Assembly: GCA_965637545.1 (NCBI GenBank)
Contig: OZ281494.1
Span: 6,324,001 to 6,388,000, forward strand
From: Phallusia mammillata
Lineage: Eukaryota
Length of the DNA stretch: 64,000 nucleotides
Reading direction: 5' to 3'
Shown here one piece after another: positions 40,305-54,238 of the stretch; the first letter of the stretch is position 1, and the number at the start of each line of letters is the position of its first letter. The notes under the pieces were generated by a model that was not told where the DNA came from, ran no database searches, and worked only from the letters and a program-made list of their open reading frames with translations. The translations under genes and the position numbers were made by a program.

Positions 40305-43300
40305 CGTGTTAAACGATGCTTCGCGCTTCCCCATAAGGTCATGTGACAGCGCCGGCCACGCTGTTGGCGTTCTACATTTAACAAGTCGCGTTCTGGCACG
40401 TAATAATAGAGTCCTAATACTGTCTATGTTCTATGTCTATTTCTATCACCCTGTCATGCAGATGCATTATCTAACTCTAACAATGTGAGATTTGGAGTGT
40501 CTTTTGATGCCTTTTGTCGTACTGTTTCTTTAAGTTACTGTTCATGTGAAATTATACGTGTTTGATACTTGAATATGGCTCTTAAAATATAACAGAAATC
40601 AATAAAAGCAAACAGGTTTTTTTTGGAAAAAGCTGTCAACTACTTTAAAAAGGTTTTTACTTTGTTTACCAAGACCTGTTTTGTACACATGATTTTGAGG
40701 ACAAAGTAAACGTGTTTTGAAACAAATGTGAATGAGACTGAATACTTACAAAACATTGTGACTAAATAGTTTCTCGGAATACGTTGATGTTTCCCAAACC
40801 CAGTGTTTGTTACTCACGCACCAATTCTACGTTTAAACTTTAACTCTTATTATTAAAAATTTATAAAAAAACTCCTACCCAAAAATTTTCTTACACGTCT
40901 ACCATCTAGATCACGGTGTCTTTTTTGCGAATGCAAAGAGTTTTAAAGTGTCAAAATACAACGGTACATCAAAACCGCTAGATGACATAAGAGAGTGAAT
41001 TTTTATGAGGAAAATCTTCGCAATCACTCAGAGACTTGGGGATTCAGTTCTTGGGCTGAAATGCAAACACGAATAATTTCAATGAAAGCAAGACGTTGCT
41101 CCATGACCAAAATATATCTGCAACGGACTTAGTTGTTAATACAGTGTCGTATTGCTTGGGCACTTTCATCAAATTTGATTGCGCGAAGTTATTTCAAAAC
41201 GATACGTTATAAACACACGTTGTCGATAAAATCACGAAAAAGTAGTTTGTGGATTGTTACACGATGTGTTGTCTTATTGTTATGAAGAATATACCATTTC
41301 CTAGTCTAACTGTCAGCTGTTTTGGCAGTGACCAGACCGCTTAGCAATTATAGGGCGTTTCTCGGACCATACGTGGCGCGTGTCACAATCACCACCGGTT
41401 GACCTTATAGCAAAACATTTCACTTTGAGTTGTCGCAACTCCCTGGCTAAGGTCTCACGTGATAGGGTGACAAGATAGCTGCTGGAAATCTACATTGTAG
41501 TGACTCAACACGTGGTATACACGTGTTGTCTGCGTTTAAAATATATTCAATGCCTGCTTTCAAACTCAAAACATTATTTTTGAAAAGTTTTTCTTACCTC
41601 TACTTAAATAAGCAACCAATGTGGCCGTATAGCTAAACATGCTTTTTTGTTTGTTTGAAAGATACCGATTTGTTTTAAACGAATGATTTAACGTCCGTTG
41701 GTTGTATTAGTTTACAATTTCTTGATTTAATAGTAGTAGCTACACTTCAAACTTTTCTCATGCAAACTGTATTATTGTGATGAACCAGAATGTAGCAGAC
41801 CTTCAAGAAGCATTACACCGAACGTGGTAGTTTAATCATTTCCATTAAAACGAACAACATCACAAAAATATTGTATAATAATACACAAATCAATGCAATT
41901 GTATTTAACATAAGCTACATTTTGATCTACAATAAAATATCGTTACGGCGTGTTTATAATAATATAGTTTGTGCAATATCAAAACTAGTGGAAAACAGTT
42001 CTAATATTGCAAATGTGCTTGTTATAGCCCTTTTAATCATTGTCAAATTACACAGTACTACGCTACTATGCATCAATCAGATTAATTTGATACCAAACTT
42101 TACAGAAGAATATAAACACTAAGTAGCCTGACATAAGGATTAATACCACCACTTGACAGATAGAAAAATAGCTTTTAAAGGACCAAAAATTTTATGGTAT
42201 AGTTTACTGTGTAATATTTGGCGAGAGCATAAATTTTCTGGTCTAGAATTTGTAGAACTTTGGCATTCGCAGAGTGACAGGGCCTTAGGGTAAAATATCA
42301 TCAAGTCACAGCTTATCTACGGATTCGGTCTCATAAATCATCACCGCGGTTCGTAGTGGGCGACACCGTAAACAAAATAAACTTTAGCATGTGTTACAAG
42401 TCTACCCAGGCATAACTCGGCATAGCTTGCTTTAAGTGAACCTTAGTATTCTGTTGTACGTCACTTTAGCCTTAGCTCGTACTGCTGTTGCTTTGGTAAA
42501 ATTATTTTTAACACGAATAGACACGTTATAAATTAAACTGAAGTTTTTGTTAGGATTAAATCAATCTGTGATTTTCGTTATGGAATGTAACGTATAAAAA
42601 TTAAGTTTGCTGCATCCTCAATTAAAAACACATTTAGTCTGATTTAAGTCAACTGAAAGCGTCAGTTTAGCGTTGATTATCCGGAACTGGAGTCGTTTGT
42701 AATTGGACGATTTCTGTATGAGATCCGTTTTTATTTGAGCAGACACTTTATTGTGTATGAATTTTTATTATTTGGGGGTTACACTTTATTTTTATTTAAG
42801 TTTGATTTTATATTGCGTAGATACTGTTTTATTAACAAAACAACTGCAAATACCACCTACTTTAACCTATTTCAAATAGTTTTCTCGATTTGCTGATTTT
42901 GCACAAAATGATTTGTCCAGGTGCGTCAACCCAGCTAACATAAGTTATGCGGTAATTACTTAATAATGCTGCAGATACAGATAATGAGATTTTAAGTGCA
43001 CCCCTAACGTATTTGGTCATAACAGGGTTATTGGTCTTCACTTGGGGTGTTTTATTATTCGTTGGGTTATAAATTATTCCTGTATTTGGGCACACTTAGC
43101 TGATTAGGAAAACCACCTAATTGTTTGTTAAAACTCATTCATGATAATATCTTGCAATGCGTCGTTATGTTAAATCACGTTTTGTGATTTGTCACCAGTG
43201 TTTTTATACATTTTAAAGTCATGGAATTATTTTAGATTCAGAATTTACCATTCGCGAAAAATAATAAAGTTTTGTATGTCATGAGATGGTTGCTGGTATG

Positions 43301-46300
43301 CGAAAACTTTTCAATTACTTATTAAGGCCACAATTTTGGAATTTAGTAGCACTAAGGGTAAATTTAAAACGGGTTAAATACAAATATAATTTGTCGTTTT
43401 TCAAATCAGCTATAACTGCTTTAATATGACTTATAACAGGTTACTATTTTTGGTGTGAAATTCGTACTAGTTGAACCTCAAATTGTTTGATCTTGTTTAG
43501 TTCACTTTTCACAAATCCTTTTTCACAAGTGATTTTTAGATGATTGAAGTAACTTGTAAACAAAAAAAAACAGGGTGAGAATCCAGATAAAAGCACCAAG
43601 TATTCTGACCTTTGACCTTAGACCTTAAAGTGGACAACGTTTTCACATTTTGCAGCATTTATCGGCGATTTTAGACCTGACAAGTTTGGCCCATGAAGAT
43701 TGGCCCATGAAGTCAAATATGTAAACACAATTTGCCGAGGAAATTGTGGGAAACCTGCACTAAATTGTTGCCGGAATTTTAACCGCATCTTTGAGTGTTG
43801 CGCTTGATGATGTAATGTAAACAAGTGACGTGCACTCAAGCATGACGTCACGGTCACAGAAGAAGAAAATTCCACTGACGTTAAGTTCTGATTAGTCGCG
43901 AAAATTAGTTAATTTACCTGTTTACCGGATTAGTGTCATATTATAATGAGTAAATGAGTTTCAAGTAAAAAAGGATTTGTATTCATTTACAGGATAAGTG
44001 TAAGGTTTCAGCTTTATGAAGAAGGATTTTAAAGGTTTTTTGATGAATTGTTTATAAATGAGTAATAGTTGTAGGTATTGGTTTTGAGGGCAGGATTGTG
44101 GATTTAAAGTTTGCATGTAGCACAAAATCTTTGTAAAAAAGCGTTAAAACTGTTCGTTGTACGAATAGGGTGTTCGCAATACGTTTGTATTTGACCCAAC
44201 AACAATAATATTTTTGCTTTAGTTGCGCGGAAAATTGGTATTTTTAACTCTTCCAATAGAGCACAACGTTTCAATTATAACCACTAGGACAGTTGGTATA
44301 TGTTTAAATGAACCACAGTTTGGAAACATCTGTCTTATTTTAATCGTGCTCAAACCGGCTACACCTGCTGGTTTAGCGCAGTGTGTTTATCAACATACTC
44401 GCTAATACAGTTTGGGCGTTAACTTGCATTAAAATTTTTCCTCAGGCCAAGTCATTTACATATTTACATATTAAATCGGATGTGGTTACTGATGTCCTGT
44501 ATTTCGTGGTTATGCGGGGATATAGGTAATCATGGTAATACCTTTTTTATGGTTATTCAAGGCAAATTTATTCAATTTTATATGAGTGGTCATTATCTAT
44601 TAATTAGTGATTAAGGCCCAAACTTCAGATATTTGGTTTTGTAAGTTTTTTCTGTGTGTGAGCTTAAGACTTAAAAGGGCATGTATGCGTTATTGAGGAA
44701 TTTTAGACCAAAGTTATAGATAATTTTTTACTTTTGCAGTAAAAAATTTATCGCTTAAAGAAACTGTTTTTTCGCCTTAAATTGCTTTAATACCCATATT
44801 ATGTCTTCAAAGCATTATGTGCTTACGTAACGCCAAGACCTGCTTAGAGCAGAAAGATGCGAATCTGGTCGTTTTTTATGACCCATGAAATTTTGTATTG
44901 TATTTTTATGAGTTTTACATTCACACGAGTATTGCGGAAGTGTAAAAAATATGATCCTTGTTTCATAATTGTATGCCCGCATGGACTACGGGAGGTAACA
45001 TCAAAGTAACCAAATACGTTAAGATTTGAGAGCAGCTCAATTGTAATACAACAGGTGTTCGGAAGCACTTTCATGTTAATATGTAGAATAAATCTTGAAG
45101 TTAAATTTCAATTTTACTGGGGAAATATTGAACAAAAAATTTATGCAAAGAAACATCTGTTATTTCGTTTTCATTTTACATGTTTGAGTAAAAAAGGGAC
45201 GATTTCCTCTCAGAAAGTGATTTAAGGTGGTTGTGCAACAGTTTATGTCAGATTTGATAGCAAAAAGAGTTGATTTTGCTGACATATACAATACGATTTT
45301 GGTACTGTTAGCTTAATTCTGTTACATTATTTAAATGAGTAGCTTCCTTGTTTTAACAAATATAGTGTTGCACCAAAGTTTCCGTATAACAAACACTTTG
45401 ATTAATTTATCAGCTGCATGGAAAGTCGCTTGCGTTTAACTGGAAAATGTCGCTCTTAGTTAAGTTACAACTTAAAGTGCATTTCCTACGTTATAATGTG
45501 TCATTTTAGCGTGGCAATATAGTTACTAACGTGCACTCTATAAATTCATGTGTCATGCATATAACCTCAGTCGGCCCCGTGTTTATCTCACTAACGTGAT
45601 TTAAATTGGCGGGAAAATATGTTATCTGCATATAAGTTCGCCACGTTGTAGTAAAATCGTGATTTATGAATCATATATGATGACTTTATTTGGTGATGGT
45701 CATTAGGATAGTTTCATATACTTTAAAGCCCGTTTAAAATAAGGTTAAAGTGTGGTATAAAAACTTGACAGAAACTGGCGACAAAAGCATTGCGCTCATT
45801 GGACAAAGGTCACACTAAGTTTTTTTACATTGTGTTAAATCCAGGTTGTTTTGAAACATTACTGCAAAATATTTCCTTTGTACAAAGTAAAAGTCAAATT
45901 TGAAAAGCGAAAACAAATTTGACTACTACGACAATGAATCGTGCGATGTGACCTGATAAAACAGTTACAAAGTATGACAAAGTATGCAAACTTATAAGTT
46001 ACCGTTTTCACGATTAATAGAAGCTTGGTCGTATGTAAAAACAGCGTATTTCTTAATTGCATGCATTTACGGGGGTAGTGCAGTAGAGCGGAACCGTACT
46101 TAATTATACTTGGACGTCATGTTTTCACCTAAAACAACTTTTTTTCTGGTCAATGCTCACCAGGTATTCCATGAAATATCGAATAACTTGCAAGTTTATG
46201 CTTCTTGCGATGATGCGTTAGGAAAAGATAAGTCAACAAGGTTTGATACATGTTTCATTGTCAGTGGTTTGCTGGCATGTTTGGCACTTGGCCAGTTTTT

Positions 46301-48444
46301 GCTATCTCTTTAGTGTGTTCTTATATATATTATGTAGCGCTATACCTAAAATAGCTAGATAAGAATCAGTTGCTTGTGCATTTGGGAGATTTCTAAGCCT
46401 TTTAGGATTCAGAAAAAGCCGGACAGTGCAAGTTTGTGACACTACAATTCGCCCATTGTGATTCCAGCTACTGTTTCTTGAGATAAACAATATCCAAAGC
46501 ATTACGCCTAAACTTAAATACGTGACAATTTTAAGTAAACAAACACTTTTCTGTAAAGGTAATCTTTCGTACGTGTTGAGTACTTTCCTAATTTCGGCCA
46601 GAATTTTGATAATGGAGTGACAAATTGGATAAACTTCGAATTCATGACCCCTAAGTGTTATTTTAGCCACGTTGTTACGATTACTGATGAGTCACAACCA
46701 CCCATTGTTATCGCACACACGAGTCAATCCCTAAACTTTCGAGCAATTGTTCCTACATAAACGGCAATTACGTTATTTGTTTACGTTTAAACTCGCTCGA
46801 CTCGTTCGAGTCAACCTTACGATTTCCGATTTTAAAAGCCAAGTAGAGTTTGTACAATAGATTTTATCCAGAAAACATGCGGCAGAAACATAATCGCAGA
46901 GGTACAGCTCATTTTGTCAGGTTTTGATTCTATTTTTTATTCTATTGAAATTTGTTTTTTTGATGTGTTTTGTTGCAGTTTGTCATACCGTTTTGACTTT
47001 CTGCTCACCAGTTGGTATAATATACTGTATGAAAACCAGTGCTTCCCAACCTTTGTCATAAAATTACTCCCTTAGCAATTAAAAATATTTTCATTGCTCC
47101 CTTATATGCCACGTGTGAGACGTTAAACCATACAACGATCATTTAAAATTGGATATTTTATCAACTTCGCAGGTTAAATTTCGAACAGTAATGAATCCGG
47201 TTTGGAACCACTGATGTAAACATTGTACAATTTATTGTACCACTTGTCATGTTATGTTGTGGCCTGGACAAAAAGTTATCCCAGCTTTGAACTGGAAATT
47301 GTGGTATGCGTTCATATTGCCAGCTGTTGTGCTTCGAGTGCATGTTTTGTGTTCGGTCAGCAAGCATGAAAGCCCAATTCTATTGATAAAACCACCAGCC
47401 GCACCCTTGCTATATATGGGACTGGGTGACCTTACACTGGACAGCAGATTAATTTGCAATTATGAGTGGGCGGTTTTATTACTTTGCGGGGTATTTAATG
47501 GGAGTGTAAACTGTGTGCAGTGTAAACACGAAAAACGATATTTCTGTCAGAGTCGTGAAATTTTTAAAGTCGGGTTCTATGAAATTCAGCAGCGTGGGTC
47601 GTTAAAAATTTTTGGCCTCGCGAGGGAAATGTTACATCGTGATCGTTTCTTGCTAGTAAAGTTGCTGACGTTCTTTAGCCTGTCAAGGGAGATGTTAAAA
47701 TCTCAATTATAATTGGAAAGTTGTCCGGTTAAAAATTTTGCGAATAATTTTTTTTGATCATTTACGCATTATCGACTGACAAAGAATGAATGTGTTGTGC
47801 GAACCAAGCAAAAATCAAATCAAATAAACAATCAATCAAATTAACCAAATTTTAATTTCTGAGAAGTATTTATTGTTGCAGAACGTACGATTGACAAGAA
47901 TAAAAACTTGCTTACGAAAATATTGATTAGCTAAGTGTAGACGTTGTGATTATGTAAACATCTTACGTCACGGTTTGACGTCACAGTCTTAACACAGCTT
48001 CGGTGTAAATTGTTGCTTGTATAAACTCTGTGCAATCGTGCATAATGGAGCGTTGAGTCGATGAAGCACCAACTAAATACGATGTAATTTAAAACGCTGT
48101 GGCATTGAATTTTTAGCACCAGATTGTTGATGCCCAATGAACGTGTTTCAAATATGTGTCCAAATTGCCAAGTAATATTGTCCAAACTCGTTGAAATTGT
48201 TTTATTTAATGCACTTAACTTAGGTAAACTTTACTACTTTTCTAAAGTGGCTGTATTTTCTGTTAAACCGTCGATGCTTATATCAACTCTATACGATATG
48301 GTAGTATAACTGTTGTTACTGTGTTTTTGTTGGCAACGTTAACAAATCATCAAGGTTACTTCCTTTTGGCTTATAGGGTCATGTTATCTGAAATAAGCTC
48401 AATTAACAGCGACATAGAACACATATAACGTACGTATAAAGTTA

Positions 48445-48540
48445 TGACCTACATTGACCTCATTGCTTCGTATTAATGACCTCCTTAACCTGAAATCGCT
48501 ATGTTGTTGCAATGTTATGTACCGGTGGTATTAATGACCT
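48445..48540 (-). promoter_or_regulatory. Candidate nuclear-receptor response-element cluster (perfect DR4 plus two more AGGTCA half-sites)
   Basis: TGACCT at 48445, 48455, 48477 and 48535, all on the same strand; the first two are spaced by 4 nt. Confidence 0.45.
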
Positions 48541-51500
48541 GTCAAAATGATCGATGAGTAACAAGATTGATACATAAATGTTTTACAACCATTTAGAAGA
48601 TGTATGGCTGTTAAAAAGAATCATAAAATATTGTTTAACGTCATTCCTTTTGGTTTAAAATCAAATTGTGTAGGTCCTAAGCAAAATACTTAAATGTCAT
48701 CGAATATTTAAATGCAATGTTATGACTGGACAAGATTTGCGCATTTTCCAATTACTTGCCCTTTATTAAAGTTCGCGTATTTCATGCAAAACATTTCGTT
48801 CAAATGTCGATTTTGCAACTTAAAATCAAAATTTAAACGCAGTCGTTTTATATTACATGGAATTCTGCAACTGCACTTGCACGTTCGGGAAGCCACCGAG
48901 AATTGTTATTTTAATGGAGAAAGCCTTATTCACCGAAAAATGTGTCGGTTCAAAAAGCATTGAAACGATTGATTACTAAATTACAGTGGTGTAGCTCGAA
49001 AAGATGTTTTGTTACATTTTAAAACTTGGCCTTCCGTTTCAAAGATTAAAAACAATGAGAAATCCGCCGAGACGAAGAAATTCTCTTCACCTATGAAGGC
49101 GTGTGTGTGTTTCTGGGATAATTGCAGCTTTAATACCGGCCATGCTTTCGTGTTTCAGTGAATTAATTACAACCGCCGGCGTCTAACTCTTTCCGCTTAC
49201 GCCTCAACTTCATCCATAACTCCTGGCGAATGTCGCCGTATAAAGAGCGCGTTCCGATGACTGCACCTTAATTATCCGACCACCAGGGCCTAGGTCCTTG
49301 CTGAGGTCACGCAATATATTCATCGTGTGGTTGATATCGGGTTTCTTGCTACATCCTCTAACAAAGCCACAGCGTCTGTGTTTTGTTGTGTTACGATGCC
49401 ATAACATGAGCTGGGTTTATATTAAGGCACTAAAATTGTTATAATGCTACTGTTGTGGTCAGAAAGCTTTTTAATCAGTTTAGTGCAGTTTGAGACGTTT
49501 TAATAAGCAGTCGGTAATTTTCTGAGAATTAGTTTCAAAACATAATCTAGGGCGTAAGCGTTTTTTGACATTATTGCATTTATGAGTTAAACAGCGTGCA
49601 GAAATAGCGCTGTGCTTCATAATGAGTGATTACGTTGTGTGAACGAATTGTTGCAGTAAGGTAAAACGGGTCAAGAATATGGGTTTATTTCGTTCTGTAT
49701 GCGTTAAAGTTTAGTTAAATTGCATCACGTTAAATTGGCAGCAATAGGGTCTTTCATACATTTACGTTTTTCAGTTTTTAATAGCTGCAGTGATATTTTA
49801 GTGCAATCATTCCAAGATAAAAATACAAATGAATTGTTATGTAGAGAATGCTACTAATTTTTTGAAAGTAGAGATTTTAAAGTTTCAAGACTTTTTAAAA
49901 TAGAACTTGGTTAGGTCACATCGTTGCACTATATATTTTGTTTAGCCGTTGTATAACGAATATACGCACTCCTAAGTCAATTGTGACGTCATAGAGATAG
50001 TGATGGATTGCAACTCGCGATGCAAAGTCACCTGACTTGGACGTAACAATGGCAAATAGCGATAGGTTAAACGCGCAGACAAGCAACAAAATACGTACTA
50101 CAGGTTGTGCAAGCTAAAACGTCACATTTCCTTTCCCACTTGTGTAACCGAATAAATGACGTCATTTGTGTAAGGTAATGAGGAATTGCTCGTAATTCTC
50201 CTACTTTAGCTATAGGTCGGTTGAATTCTGGTTAAATGCGTGGATTCATTATATAATGAAAATTTTGCTGTAGATAATTTTCATGTACAGCAGTTGAGTT
50301 AATGTGTAGTAACGTGTTTTCAATAGGATCTGTGTGTTTGGTTGCCTTTTCAGTCGGGTTTTCAGAATAGAAATTTTATACCCCGCCTAATCTTATGATT
50401 TTTTCCGGATTTCGTTTGCCGGTTTGTCTTCAGTCAAGCGTGACCGTAAGCCCTAAACTTGAGAGACGCGACTTAATATTGTTTGTCTTCAAACGACAAT
50501 GTGTTGACGTGTACGTCCACTGCCGGAGTGGTAAAAGTTCCAGTTATGAAAAACCTTTTTTCCTTGTGCTTTTGGCGAAGTAGAAGCTATTTACAATGCA
50601 TTGCTGCCGGAAATAAGCGTCCACGAAGTTTAGAGTGAAAAGTTAGTAGTCTGCACGAAACGTGTCAGAATTTTTACAACTTTGTTTCACGAACCAGACG
50701 GTAGAACCAGACTCCTTGAATCAAAACCATTTTTAACAGCAATCCGTGTTTTATAAAAATCACCAGAACAGCTAGCGATGCAGGCATGTGTGCTTTAAAG
50801 TGAGCCAACAGTAGATTTGCGTAGGCAATTGCGCTGTGTGAAATGTTTGACTTGCTTTGGAATGAATGTCTATTGTAAAACCATGGCGAAAATTAGTGAT
50901 GGGCTAATACCAAGGTTTTGTTAACGTTATAATGTGTTAAAGGTTGATGAAACTTATAAAACACTTTCAGTTACTTTCATCGTTGTGAAAACGTGTGCAC
51001 AAAATTAAAAGCAGATGGTGTTGTACATACGTTGATGCCATCAAAAAGGAAGGAAATAAAAGGAAAGGTTGCAATGAAAAGTCTATGTTTCTAAAAATTG
51101 GTGACATTGGCAAAAATCTAAACAATGCAGCAGTTTCAAGCTCGTTAACAATCCTACCTTACGCGTGTGCATTCGTGCATGAAGCAAGCGTTGTCCACGA
51201 TCAAACCCAACCAGTGTAAAGTCATCAGCCTATCAGTTGCCACATGCTTAAACGAGCGAGCTAGGTTGAAAGCTTTCAAGCATTTTTAGGTCCTGTTCAA
51301 CAGGCAATGCATTGGATTCTAGGCTGTTAGTCATGTTGCTGTGTCCTGGTTACACATGCAGTCGTTTGTTGTTTATTGTTGTCATAATATGTTACTACAA
51401 TGGTGGGCGAATGCTTGATGTCGCTAAGGTTGTGTTTTGATACCAGTAAAGCTAATTACTAAAACAATATTCAATGTTTGGAGGCAAAGTAGGTAAACAT

Positions 51501-54238
51501 TATACGTTAAAGGCATAAGTTATAGTCATTTTATCAGAAAAATTGTTGGGCAATGTTTTCTTGTGACAGAAAAACGGAAAATATTAACGCTAAACCTTTC
51601 AGTAAAACATGAAAACAGCAGGAAAATAACTTTTTCTAGCGGGTTGCATTTTCTAAGCGGGAAATTGCTGGAAGTCTACAAAAGGGATTGTATTGCAGTT
51701 TTCAGTCCAAACACAAAGTGGCACTCTTTTAACTTCTTTAAGATCTCTCCAGACTTCAGTCAAACGCAGGCTTTGTTGGAAATACAAATCCTAACTTCAA
51801 ACTTGTTTGTACAAAACGGCCTCTCAAAAGGTAACCCGACAGGCTTTCGTTAAGGCCAGAATTTTTCATCAATCTCACAGTTGTGGCATATATGTCGTGC
51901 ACATTTCCATGACTTGGAAACTAAGCGCAACTGACTGAAACTTGCTGGCGTTGTAGTGCCCATGTGTAGTTAGGTTGTGTATACCAAACCAAGACATTGA
52001 ATTTACTGCACCTTAGCTTTGCTTTCATCTTGTGATTGTTGTAATTTCATTTTTTGGTTTTGCCAAAATAAAATATACCTAGCCAACTCATATCCAAAGC
52101 CTAAAGCTGCCTATATTTAAAATATTATGACATGGTATGAACTAAAACCGGTGTTTGGAAAACAAACAAAAAACCATCAAAAGTCCGGTTTAACTGGGAG
52201 CTGCGGTTTCCCATTCGCGTATAACCGGGCACTTGACAATTGCCAGTGAAACTAGACACTAAAGTGCGGTTGAATTCAACGTAATACCCGTGGTAAGGCA
52301 GAAATTTTTTTCATTGAAAACTCGAGTGCTTCGAGGTCAGTGTCTGGTGTCTGCCAAAGTTCTAAAAGAAAAGAGGTCTGGATCTAAGCTGTCACTGCCA
52401 CTTCATAAAAAGCGTTTATTACTGTCATGAAGAGGAATGTAGTTTTGAAATATAGCAGTCCAACTAGTGAAACAGACACGAAAACAAGAAAAATTGAGTT
52501 CTAAATTATAAATTTTTGATGTTTTTTCTTGGCTACTGTTTGAGAATTGTTTAAGACCTCCCATAGGTTTGGGCGAGGACCGTCGGTTTGTAGAATTTTG
52601 GACAGAATAGACTTGTGCAAACAACGTCTGTCGGGCAGTGGTCATGTTTATAGAGAATGGCGATGATCCCTGCCCTGGAGAGGTTCACCGTTTAAATCTT
52701 TCGGTTTGAGGTTTACCGCGATGATAGCATTGGAATTGAGGCATGAATAAGTGGCAGTGTTGCGGCTAAAATTTGCCACAAGTCGATCATGCAAACAATT
52801 TTTGTCTGCTGAATTGTGATTTGGTATAAGAGAAGAATATGGACCTTTGCAACGTTTTACCATTCGTTGTTGTTAGTATGTTACAATAAAGACTTTAAGG
52901 CTATAGGCCAGTTGGACATGTATAAGTAAAAATGTAGTTAAATTTATGTTACGTTTTTAAGTATGTTTGAACTCCATGGGACGTCAACAGCTTTAAAGCA
53001 CGTAACTCCGCTGCAAATCGAATCCAATTTTCCGGCCGAAGCACTAACCTGATTTCGTGGCCTATGCACATGGCAGATTCGTCATGCTGAGATGCACGTG
53101 TTCAAGTCGAATACCGACAAGTTCCAGAAAACGATTTCAATATCTATATTTGCTCAGCAGTAAATCAACTAGAATTATGTACCAAAAAGTTTGATTATTG
53201 ACACACTTGTAAACTTTTCTCAAGTATTTTTTGTAGCAAGTGGAGTTTTATGTATCGTGTAACTGCGCCATGACGAAGGTTGAGCATTTAGTCAGAAACC
53301 AACCAAGTATCATTTACATTATAGGAAACGTTTGCCACAATTAAGTAGAAATTATGAGGAGACTTAGTAGTTGCAGACTTGCAGTTACGTAATGTTAACA
53401 GCCGGCGTGAAAGCCTTGTCGCATGCGCCAAGAGATTTTTAGTTCAGTGATTTACAGACGTGCTATAGGCTAAACCCAGAAATCAGCAGTGCCAAAACTT
53501 TGTAATGAATGAAGATAACGACATTTGTCTTTTCACGTATGGCCTGTATAGTATTTTGCGTTTTTTAATCTTGCGTACAGGAAGCAACATATATTAACAC
53601 GTGAAACATGCTGTTGATAGCCGTGTTTAACAGAAGGTAGATGACCCCAACTGCAAGTTTTTGCTTTTTGGTAGAGCTTGTGATATTTGATAAAAAAACG
53701 CGATGGACAAATGCAGTTGGTGCACGAAAAGCAAAGTTGTCTGCTCTAGTCTTGTCTGTTAAATTGTCTGCACATCAAGTTTTATGTTTGTTTAAAAAAA
53801 AATGAAAAAAAAGTTAATTGAAAGTATAGTTGATTTAAAAGCCCCAAGGCACGCACCTGAGAAGATTAAATTTAATGTATAGTTTCATAATCAGGTATAA
53901 AAGTGTTCACGTTGGCATTTTTATTCTTAGAAAACCACAAAAGTCTTAAATCGGTTTAGAGATGAAGCAAGTTTTTAAAATATTCTTGATTATACTCGTT
54001 TGACGCATTTTGTTGCCATGTGTTATTAAGTGTATTTATAGTGTAAGGTAAAATCTGTCAATTTACGTTGAAATCCTACCGCAAGCTATTCTGTTTGCTG
54101 CAAGTGAACACCACGGCTTGTGATAAAACGACTCTCAAATTTTAGTGTAACCGTGTATACCTAACCATAGTTAAATTTCACATTTTTGCAGTTTCCCCTA
54201 TGCTATAGGAAACATAAGTTAGGTGGCATTGCTGCAAA

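Noticed and set aside
42581-42590. TGGAATGTAA matches the 5' end of miR-1
   Set aside because: Only 10 nt match and there is no hairpin partner.
46302-47712. ORFs of 122 aa (-) and 152 aa (+) in the gene-poor interval
   Set aside because: No recognisable family, no supporting splice structure, and the 3' part of the second overlaps simple internal repeats.
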